Part shown: positions 8,133-15,024 of the stretch, one piece after another
Layout: the number at the start of each line of letters is the position of its first letter
Position numbering within the stretch: position 1 is the first letter of the stretch
Source: Candidatus Pacearchaeota archaeon
GTDB lineage: Archaea; Nanobdellota; Nanobdellia; Pacearchaeales; GW2011-AR1
Reading direction: 5' to 3'
NCBI GenBank assembly: GCA_018304175.1
Contig: JAGVWT010000006.1
Coordinates: 1-23,597 of the forward strand
DNA: 23,597 nucleotides
Translations under genes and position numbers: made by a program
Notes under the pieces: generated by a model
Seen by the model: the letters and a program-made list of their open reading frames with translations, nothing else
Database searches by the model: none
What the model was told of the DNA's origin: nothing

Positions 8133-8411
8133 ATGAAAATATCTGACAAAAAAAGAGATAAGATAGCAGAACAAATCCTTGCCTTGCTTTTTTCTTCACA
8201 TAAGCCAATGTTTACATCACATGTTGCAGAGGAGATTGCGAGGGACGAAGAGTTCATAAAGAAAATTCTTGAAGATTTAAAAAAAAGAAAACTTGTGATT
8301 GAAATAAAAAAAAATCCAAAGGGAGTTGAATATATCAAAAGGTCTAGATGGAGGTTAAGTGACTCTGCCTACAAAATATATAAGCAACACCAAGCCAACA
8401 AATTTTTATAG
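8133..8411 (+). CDS. Small winged-helix DNA-binding protein
   Basis: Likely ATG at 8133 (ORF track starts at TTG 8115); QILALLF...FTSHVAEEIARDEEFIKKILEDLKKRKLV followed by a wing hairpin; TTTATATA at 8104-8111. Confidence 0.75.
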   Translation: MKISDKKRDKIAEQILALLFSSHKPMFTSHVAEEIARDEEFIKKILEDLKKRKLVIEIKKNPKGVEYIKRSRWRLSDSAYKIYKQHQANKFL

Positions 8412-8436
8412 TCTTTTAATCTGATAAAAAACGAAA

Positions 8437-9069
8437 ATGGATCAAATCAAAGACGCTTTTAAAAAAGTCAAAGAAGACATTGATTTTCTTATGTTAGAAT
8501 TGTCCTCAATAAACTCAGAATTATCTAGTATTATGGGAGAAATAAGTCAAATAAAGGATTTTTTAGACTCAACACAAAACTCTAAAAATCCAGCATCTCC
8601 AACACATATTCCAACACATCGACAGTCTTTTAAGCCTTTTAAAACCAAAAATATAGGGATTTCCATAGGAAACGAAGGGGTTCCAACAGACAGACAGACA
8701 AACCAACAGACAGACAGACACATAAAAAATACCAATATAATTGACTCTGCCGCAGAGATTTTAGACTCTCTGGACTCTGTAAAAAAGGAAATAAGACTAA
8801 AATTCAAACGGCTTACAGATCAAGAATTTCTCATTTTCTCGACACTATACAAATTAGATGAAGAAATAGGCTTTGTCGACTACAAAACGATTTCAACCGA
8901 GCTTGGGTTAACAGAAAGTTCGATAAGAGACTACATCGGCAAACTCATAAAAAAAGGAATTCCTATTGAAAAACAAAGGATAAATAACAAGAACATAAGA
9001 CTCTCTATAGCACAAAACCTCAAGAAAGTCACAACTCTTCAAACAATCCTCCAATTAAGGGATTTATAA
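8437..9069 (+). CDS. Coiled-coil + low-complexity linker + C-terminal winged-HTH protein (paralogue A)
   Basis: N-terminal heptad region; C-terminal LTDQEFLIFSTL...YKTISTELGLTESSIRDYIGKLIKKGIPI resembles a BirA/HTH_11-type wHTH. Confidence 0.85.
   Translation: MDQIKDAFKKVKEDIDFLMLELSSINSELSSIMGEISQIKDFLDSTQNSKNPASPTHIPTHRQSFKPFKTKNIGISIGNEGVPTDRQTNQQTDRHIKNTNIIDSAAEILDSLDSVKKEIRLKFKRLTDQEFLIFSTLYKLDEEIGFVDYKTISTELGLTESSIRDYIGKLIKKGIPIEKQRINNKNIRLSIAQNLKKVTTLQTILQLRDL
8660..8680 (+). promoter_or_regulatory. Full ORB-like box with G-string, inside a CDS
   Basis: TTTCCATAGGAAACGAAGGGG: TTCC-N3-GGAA dyad plus GGGG string, the canonical archaeal ORB architecture. Confidence 0.6.
8683..8720 (+). 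repeat. 18-bp direct repeat x2, 20-bp period, with internal (CAGA)n
   Basis: CCAACAGACAGACAGACA at 8683-8700 and 8703-8720. Confidence 0.95.
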
Positions 9070-9222
9070 CGAGATTCTTACAAATTAACCGTTTAACCGA
9101 ATAAAGTTTTCACTATATCTCATTTTGTTTAAAAGCCAAAATTTCTCATTTTTAAGCTTTAAAAAAGGCTTTTTTATTATTCACTCACTTTAGTTTTCTA
9201 GCATTCATTTTTAATCCATTTT

Positions 9223-9825
9223 TTAATCTTTTCTTTTATTTCTAACTCTCACTTTTGGCTTTTTCAGGAGTTTATTTTTGATTTCTTCAGGTATAAACAT
9301 CCTCTTTTTACCATTTTTCTCTGCTATTTCCTCTAAAATATCTTCACTTTTCTGTTTTATAGAGTTTATCTGCCCCCTTATAGTTGACTTTTCTTTACCT
9401 AATAAAGAAGCAATGTCCTCATAACTTAATTTTAAGTCTGTGTTTATTAAAGTCCAGAGTATCAATCTTTCATTTGATGAAAAATCATTAAAATTTGGTG
9501 TTTGAACAGCTGTTTGAACAGCTGTTTGAACAGCATGAACACCTGTTTGTTTACCAAATATCTGTTCACCTGTTTTAAACAACCTCTTTTTTGGAAGATT
9601 GTTTGTCAGCGATAGATGGTCTTTTATTGATTCCAACTCTTCTTCTATCGTCGATAAAACATCTTTTATTTCAGAGATCTCATTTTTATGAGACTCTTTC
9701 TCAGAATTCAGGTGTTTAATCCAATTTCCCATATCATTAATGTCTTTTTTCACTAAATCAAAACTATTTTTAATTTCATCCCTAACTTTCTTTACTTCTT
9801 TTTTTCCAGAAAACGGCCAAAACAT
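9223..9825 (-). CDS. Coiled-coil + linker + C-terminal winged-HTH protein (paralogue B)
   Basis: DEIKNSFDLVKKDI aligns with DQIKDAFKKVKEDI of 8437..9069; FSSNERLILWTL...SYEDIASLLGKEKSTIRGQINSIK aligns with its HTH. Confidence 0.85.
   Translation of the reverse strand: MFWPFSGKKEVKKVRDEIKNSFDLVKKDINDMGNWIKHLNSEKESHKNEISEIKDVLSTIEEELESIKDHLSLTNNLPKKRLFKTGEQIFGKQTGVHAVQTAVQTAVQTPNFNDFSSNERLILWTLINTDLKLSYEDIASLLGKEKSTIRGQINSIKQKSEDILEEIAEKNGKKRMFIPEEIKNKLLKKPKVRVRNKRKD
9499..9534 (+). repeat. 12-bp perfect tandem repeat x3 generating AACAGCTGTT palindromes
   Basis: TGTTTGAACAGC at 9499, 9511 and 9523; encodes (AVQT)x3 on the minus strand. Confidence 0.97.
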
Positions 9826-9957
9826 AGTGTTTTTTATGAAACGTTATTTAAAAATCTTTTGTCTTCGACGCTAAAAAATCATTTTTAATAGTAAAAAGCC
9901 GTTAAAAAATACCTTAAAAATTAAGCCAAATTTCCTGATTTTTTGCTAAAAAATGAC

Positions 9958-9972
9958 TTTGAACAGCTGTTT
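9958..9972. promoter_or_regulatory. Intergenic copy of the intragenic repeat motif (candidate operator)
   Basis: TTTGAACAGCTGTTT is identical to 9501-9515 and lies upstream of the 9223..9825 gene. Confidence 0.5.
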
Positions 9973-10170
9973 AAAACTGATTTAAACAACTTAAACACCT
10001 TTAAAACGTCGATAAATTGTAAAACTGCATAAATTTCTGACTTTGAATTAAGGGTAGATAAGTGAATGTTTTCCAAAAATTGGAAAATTTTTTACATTTT
10101 TCTTAAAATTACTCCTCAAAAATTATTATTAATGTTTAATAATAAACCTAAATTCCCTTTCCCCTTAAAA

Positions 10171-10602
10171 ATGGCGTCTGAAAAAAAACAAATCACAGAA
10201 TTGAAGCATGAACTTGTAAAACAGTCTGTTGTAGATGAAATTCAGGAACAGCAAATAAACAAACTGAAAAAAGAGTTGGATAAGGAGAAAGAAAAAACGA
10301 GGTTCGCCGTAGATCTTTCTCTTAAATCAATAAAGGTTTTTGAACAGGAGGCTAGGAAACAAGTTATGACTGCAGTGATGGCTGCGTTTGGTTTCCTACT
10401 TGCATTAGTCTGGCGAGACACAATCGTAAACTATGCTTCACATATCGTTGATTTTTTTAAGTTCCCAGCCCCGGAAATTTTAGGAATCCTTTACACAACA
10501 ATCCTCACAACTTTTATAGCAGTTGTGGGTATAGTTGTTTTAAGTAGATGGACCCCAAAAAAAGAAGAAATCCTCCGTGAAATCCAAGAACAAAAATATT
10601 AA
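10171..10602 (+). CDS. Membrane protein, DUF5654-like, with N-terminal coiled coil
   Basis: Likely ATG at 10171 (MASEKKQ); AAFGFLLALVWRDTI motif plus a second hydrophobic helix. Confidence 0.7.
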   Translation: MASEKKQITELKHELVKQSVVDEIQEQQINKLKKELDKEKEKTRFAVDLSLKSIKVFEQEARKQVMTAVMAAFGFLLALVWRDTIVNYASHIVDFFKFPAPEILGILYTTILTTFIAVVGIVVLSRWTPKKEEILREIQEQKY

Positions 10603-10665
10603 CTAAGGTAAGCTAAGTGCACAAAGATTTACAAAATTTAAAAACTAATTTTTTCTTGGATTTTT

Positions 10666-10992
10666 ATGATAGAAATATTTCCTAGAACAAAAAAGGATTA
10701 TGAAGACCTGAAAGGCTTTGAAACAGAAATTTTAGATTTAGATTTTTTAAGAGAAAGTCCTGATAGAACTAGTGATTATGGGATTTTTGTTTATAGAGGA
10801 GGGATAATTTGTGCTAATTCAGGAAGTCAATAATATGACATAACAGAAAAAATGCAATCTGAAAATATTTTGGCATTTGTTAATGCAAGGTTTTCTCCAA
10901 TTGATAGTGGTCATTCTATTACAGTTAAACTTTTCTTTGCAGGAGATAGATATTACGGGCTTCCTGTCCGAAGAAATACAAGACTTATTTGA
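10666..10992 (+). pseudogene. 108-codon ORF interrupted by one in-frame TAA
   Basis: MIEIFPRTKK...NSGSQ*(10831-10833)YDITEKMQ...YYGLPVRRNTRLI*; both halves are in the same frame. Confidence 0.55.
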
Positions 10993-11029
10993 ATTAATTC
11001 CTATAAATTACCTTCAACCTTCTAAAAAG

Positions 11030-11100
11030 CCGAAATATTTATTAACTTAGGGCACCCTAAAAGAACGTGAACCTACCCAGGTAAGCCCTAAGTTCACGTT
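11030..11100 (+). promoter_or_regulatory. BRE-TATA promoter followed by nested inverted repeats
   Basis: CCGAAATATTTATTAA; TTAGGG-CA-CCCTAA (11047-11060); AACTTAGGGC/GCCCTAAGTT (11044-11053/11085-11094); AACGTGAAC/GTTCACGTT (11064-11072/11092-11100). Confidence 0.65.
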
Positions 11101-11112
11101 TAAAGAGGGAAA

Positions 11113-11223
11113 ATGACAAGGGGAACAGCGCGCGATAAGGCATTGGAAAAAATTGTCCAGCATCTTGAAGAAATTTTGCAAATTCCTGGAGATGATCCAA
11201 GATACAAGGAGTTTCTAAAATGA
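11113..11223 (+). CDS. 36-aa ORF coupled to the recombinase
   Basis: MTRGTARDKALEKIVQHLEEILQIPGDDPRYKEFLK; purine-rich AGAGGG upstream; its TGA overlaps the recombinase ATG (ATGA). Confidence 0.55.
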   Translation: MTRGTARDKALEKIVQHLEEILQIPGDDPRYKEFLK

Positions 11224-11981
11224 CAAAACCACTCGCAGCAATTTACATTCGTGTTTCGACAGAAGATCAAGCGAAACAGGGAATCTCGCTTTCAGCCCAA
11301 GAAGAAGCGCTGAAAAACTACGCCTCTGCATTGGGTTACGAAGTTTTGAAAATTTACAAAGATGAAGGAAAATCCGCAAAAGACATCAAAGGTCGGCAGG
11401 CAATGAAAGAAATGCTTGAAGACGCAAAAGTGAGAAAATTTCAGGCGATTTTCACATACAAGCTTGATAGATTTTCGAGAAGTTTAAAGGATTTGATTGA
11501 AACAATCGCGTTATTGAAAGATTGGGGAATTGATTTTGTTTCCCTTCAGGATAAAATTGAAACAACATCTGCGTCAGGAAAGCTAATGTTTCACATTATT
11601 TCTGCTTTCGCTGAATTTGAAAGAAACGTAACAGGAGAAAGAACTAAATTTTCAATGGACAAAAAAGCCCGCGACGGAGGTTTGGTTTCTCGTGCACCTT
11701 TAGGATACAAAATCGAGGACAAAAAACTAATTCCAAAAGAAGATTCCTACATGGTTCAGGAAATTTTCCAGGATTTTTTAAACAACAACACAAGTCTAAC
11801 ACAATTGGCAAAAAAATACAATTTAAGTGTCAATGGTTTGAAAAAAGTTCTAACAAATCAAACATATCTCGGGAAAATAAAATTCGACGGTCAAACTCAC
11901 CCAGGAACGCACCAACCTCTTCTTTCCCCAACACTTTTCAATCATGTTCAGAATAAGTTGGAGAAATTAAGGATTAAATAA
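11220..11981 (+). CDS. Serine recombinase (catalytic domain + recombinase domain, no zinc ribbon)
   Basis: YIRVST with catalytic Ser, DEGKSA, KLDRFSRS, AFAEFER, APLGY; 253 aa. Confidence 0.93.
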   Translation: MTKPLAAIYIRVSTEDQAKQGISLSAQEEALKNYASALGYEVLKIYKDEGKSAKDIKGRQAMKEMLEDAKVRKFQAIFTYKLDRFSRSLKDLIETIALLKDWGIDFVSLQDKIETTSASGKLMFHIISAFAEFERNVTGERTKFSMDKKARDGGLVSRAPLGYKIEDKKLIPKEDSYMVQEIFQDFLNNNTSLTQLAKKYNLSVNGLKKVLTNQTYLGKIKFDGQTHPGTHQPLLSPTLFNHVQNKLEKLRIK

Positions 11982-11984
11982 AAC

Positions 11985-12734
11985 TTACTTCATCCTAAAA
12001 ACAGCTGTTACACTCGCTGTGACTTCTTGGTCAGTTGGGGTTATGCTCGTGGATTCCTTCGCTGCACCCACGTCTCTTCCTGTTTCAGAAACAAAAACTT
12101 GCCATGGTTGGTAGTAGAAATCACTCGTTGAAATTGAAACCAAATTTCCTAATTCATTTCCAGAACCCTCAGCAAGAGCTTCTGCTTTTGCCTTTGCATC
12201 CTGCGTCGCCATCTTTATTGCTTCGGCCTTGTAGAAATTTTCATTTCCTTGGCTCAACTCGAAATTTATATAGCTGATTCCGGCTCCAGCATTTACTCCT
12301 GCGTCAATGACCCTGCCGATTTTACTTTTATCTTCTGCAGAAACTTCAATTTTTATCAAATGATAAGCAACATATCTCGTTACCTTAGGAGTTGAACCTG
12401 AATAATCATACTCTGGATAAATGCTGAAGCTCTGCGTTTTTATTTCATCTTTCTCGTAGCCTTCTGTCTCAAAAATATTCTTCATTGAGGTAACAATGTC
12501 TGCGTTTTTACTGCTTGCTTCAGAACTTGTTTCTCCATAAGTCTGTACTGTGAAATAAACAGAAACTAAATCAGGCATGACTTTTATCGATGCAAAACCA
12601 TTTGAGCTTATTGTATTAGATAAACCGGTAGAATTCATGTAAAGAATTCCGATAAGTGATACTAAAACAATTCCTGAAACAATTATTAATGTTATTAAAA
12701 CAGAATCGCTTATTTTTTTCATAGAATAAGACAT
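11985..12734 (-). CDS. SIMPL (DUF541) domain protein with N-terminal membrane anchor
   Basis: N-terminal TM helix, ISSNGFASIKVMPD..., AIKMATQDAKAKAEALA...LGNLVSIS, C-terminal VTASVTAVF. Confidence 0.85.
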   Translation of the reverse strand: MSYSMKKISDSVLITLIIVSGIVLVSLIGILYMNSTGLSNTISSNGFASIKVMPDLVSVYFTVQTYGETSSEASSKNADIVTSMKNIFETEGYEKDEIKTQSFSIYPEYDYSGSTPKVTRYVAYHLIKIEVSAEDKSKIGRVIDAGVNAGAGISYINFELSQGNENFYKAEAIKMATQDAKAKAEALAEGSGNELGNLVSISTSDFYYQPWQVFVSETGRDVGAAKESTSITPTDQEVTASVTAVFRMK

Positions 12735-12760
12735 TTTTCCCTATTCAAAAAGCTTTCTCT

Positions 12761-13060
12761 TTAATTCTTACTATGTTTGCTATGTAGGTTATGCTCATAC
12801 TTGCTCATGCTTTTTTCCAATTTTCTAAATGGGAAAGGTCTTTTGTTAGATACAAATATTATATATCTCTGGAAAATATACCATTGAGTGTTCCAGATTT
12901 CACTTAGTTCCGCAACTTCTTTCAATCTTCTTCCAGCAAACAAAGTGAAGAAGAAATTTATCACGATTAAGACTGTTACAAACCATTTCCAAACAGATAA
13001 AATAATTCCAGATACGATTGTAACAATAATCCTCATCAATGCTTCTATTCTTTCTCCCAT
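12761..13060 (-). CDS. Small membrane protein, DUF4389-like
   Basis: Likely ATG at 13060 (MGERIEAL); two hydrophobic helices, then YIIFVSNKRPFPF. Confidence 0.65.
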   Translation of the reverse strand: MGERIEALMRIIVTIVSGIILSVWKWFVTVLIVINFFFTLFAGRRLKEVAELSEIWNTQWYIFQRYIIFVSNKRPFPFRKLEKSMSKYEHNLHSKHSKN

Positions 13061-13090
13061 GATTATGATATACAAAAATAATTTTTAAAA

Positions 13091-13117
13091 CTACCTTAAT
13101 GACTTCTGCCTCTTTCT
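13091..13117 (-). repeat. Degenerate duplicate of the last 8 codons + stop of rps9
   Basis: 20/27 nt identical to 13145-13171, 54-bp period; encodes RKRQKSLR* versus RKRQKSFR*. Confidence 0.8.
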
Positions 13118-13144
13118 TTCGGACGACATCACCACAGCGTTTAT

Positions 13145-13549
13145 TTATCTAAATGACTTTTGACGCTTCCTTCTTGCCTTACTATCTCCTGGCTTGTAAG
13201 TTTCCTTTCTTCTAACATCTGCAACTAACAAACTTCTATCATATCTTAAAAAAGCCTCTATCAAATCTTTTGAATTTGAAAATTTTACTATTGCTCTAGC
13301 CAAAGCAAGCCTTGCCGCTTCAATCTGGCTTTTATTTCCTCCTCCCTTCACATTTATATTAACATCAAAATCAGTATTCCCAATAATATTTTTTGCAATT
13401 CTTAACGGCTCCTCAATTTTAAGTTTGTCAAAGAAATGCAGAGTGTTGTAATCAATTCTGTTGATTTTTACTTTTCCAGAACCCCCTATCAATACAGCTC
13501 TTGCAATAGCTCTTTTTCTTTTTCCTGATGTGACTATTTTACTTTCCAT
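13145..13549 (-). CDS. rps9: 30S ribosomal protein uS9
   Basis: SGKRKRAIARA, VKGGG, AARLALARA, YDRSLLVADVRRKE, C-terminal RQKSFR; likely ATG at 13549. Confidence 0.97.
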   Translation of the reverse strand: MESKIVTSGKRKRAIARAVLIGGSGKVKINRIDYNTLHFFDKLKIEEPLRIAKNIIGNTDFDVNINVKGGGNKSQIEAARLALARAIVKFSNSKDLIEAFLRYDRSLLVADVRRKETYKPGDSKARRKRQKSFR

Positions 13550-13550
13550 T

Positions 13551-13943
13551 TTATTTGAATATTTCTCCAATTTTTATATGTTTATTTTCATTTTCTTCAA
13601 AAGTTATTTTTTTTGATTCCTTGAATTTTTCAGGAATTCCGACATAACATCTTATTCTGTTGAATGCATCTCTTCCTCTTCCATGGCGATGATTTGGAAG
13701 CATCCCCCTTATAGCTCTTTTCACAATTTTGTCGCTGCTTCTTGAATACTTTGGACCTTTTTGTCCGCTTCCGATTTTTGTTCTTTTTTCCAGGAAATCT
13801 TTTTTTATTTGTGTTTTATTTCCAGTTATAATAACTTGTTCACTGTTTAATATTACTATTTCTTCTCCCTTCATGGCCTCTTTTGCCACATAAGTTGCCA
13901 ACCTTCCCAAAACAGCGTCTTTACCGTCGATTATTTTTGTCAT
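13551..13943 (-). CDS. rpl13: 50S ribosomal protein uL13
   Basis: IIDGKDAVLGRLATYVAK, IVKRAIRGMLP; between rpl18e and rps9. Confidence 0.97.
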   Translation of the reverse strand: MTKIIDGKDAVLGRLATYVAKEAMKGEEIVILNSEQVIITGNKTQIKKDFLEKRTKIGSGQKGPKYSRSSDKIVKRAIRGMLPNHRHGRGRDAFNRIRCYVGIPEKFKESKKITFEENENKHIKIGEIFK

Positions 13944-14308
13944 CTTAAAATTTTTATTCCCTTTGCACTAGGATTTTTTTTAATTTCATCACTAATTCTT
14001 GAAAAGTCAGTTTTTGTTTTTAACAATTTTTCCTCTGTAGTTTTTGAAAAGTTTAATGCGATTATTTTTATTTTTTTGCTGATTTCTCCCTGTGAAAGAA
14101 CTTTTCCTGGAATTAAAACATTTTCACCATCTTTTGACTCTTTATTTATTTTGTCTAGGTTCACAGCGATTCTAATTCTTCTTGGAGATGAAAGAATTTC
14201 TGCAACTTCTCTCCAGCCATCATTTCTTTTTGCATTCAAAACAGTTTCAACTACTTCTGGATTTGTCTTTCTTTTAACTTGCCTTGCAATTTTTGTTTTA
14301 CTTTTCAT
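13940..14308 (-). CDS. rpl18e: 50S ribosomal protein eL18
   Basis: KTNPEV, W...AEILSSPRR..IAVNLDKI, VLIPGKVLSQGEI, NPSAKGIKIL. Confidence 0.95.
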   Translation of the reverse strand: MKSKTKIARQVKRKTNPEVVETVLNAKRNDGWREVAEILSSPRRIRIAVNLDKINKESKDGENVLIPGKVLSQGEISKKIKIIALNFSKTTEEKLLKTKTDFSRISDEIKKNPSAKGIKILR

Positions 14309-14398
14309 GGTAAGACACCTGTGGTTTCTTGACCATCAACTTCCCTTAAATTAGGCAGAGAAATATTATTCCCTGCTAAACGCGTTAACTCGCAGTTG
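14309..14398 (-). promoter_or_regulatory. Candidate structured 5' leader of the rpl18e-rpl13-rps9 operon
   Basis: TTTATAAA at 14419-14426, then about 90 nt with several hairpins before the ATG at 14308. Confidence 0.45.
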
Positions 14399-14446
14399 GA
14401 AATTCAAGATAAAAGTGCTTTATAAAAGTTATGATTAATAAAATGA

Positions 14447-14962
14447 TTATCCTACAAGTTCTTGCTGAATAACTCCTTCTAAATTTCTAGCATTGCTTGT
14501 GTAGTTACCCTTTGAGTCATAATACATATTGTAAATTAGATTAGCAACTCCTTCTACATCTAATTTTGAGAAAATACTATATTCTTTTTCAGTCATGGAC
14601 CTATCTCTCATTTTAGACAGCCATTTTTGTGGCTCTAATGCCCACCTATATATCCGAGCTGTAAAATTATTTCTACCGACATTAAACTTCCTAAATTTAT
14701 CCCACAGGATTTTTTCAGCATCTTTTATTTTTGCATATACTTGATCCTTTTCTATATTACCATATTCGGCGCTAGTGTCGCCACCGACAATGATTATGCC
14801 CTTACCCTCAAAATATCCATTAGCGGCTAAAAGCCTATTATCTTTATCTGATAAACTTATTAATCTCTCAAAGTATTGTATTAAATCACTTATTTTATTG
14901 TTTCTTTCAGTAGCCTTGCTAATAAACGCTTTCAATTTAGTTCTTCTTTTCACAGAACGCAT
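14447..14962 (-). CDS. Hypothetical protein
   Basis: Long open frame; first ATG at 14962; no recognised motif. Confidence 0.65.
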   Translation of the reverse strand: MRSVKRRTKLKAFISKATERNNKISDLIQYFERLISLSDKDNRLLAANGYFEGKGIIIVGGDTSAEYGNIEKDQVYAKIKDAEKILWDKFRKFNVGRNNFTARIYRWALEPQKWLSKMRDRSMTEKEYSIFSKLDVEGVANLIYNMYYDSKGNYTSNARNLEGVIQQELVG

Positions 14963-15024
14963 TTTAAAAATTCCCAATATATCTTTATAAATTTATGTAT
15001 CTGGTGGTGCAAAAATATAGCAAT

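Noticed and set aside
10831-10833. Alternative genetic code (TAA recoding)
   Set aside because: TAA terminates many conserved genes in the window at their expected lengths.
11220-11981. IS607 or IS200/605 element
   Set aside because: No N-terminal MerR-like HTH and no adjacent tnpB.
14309-14398. Degenerate tRNA-Leu upstream of rpl18e
   Set aside because: Contains TGGTCAA like a D-loop but no T-arm (GTTCRA) or acceptor stem.
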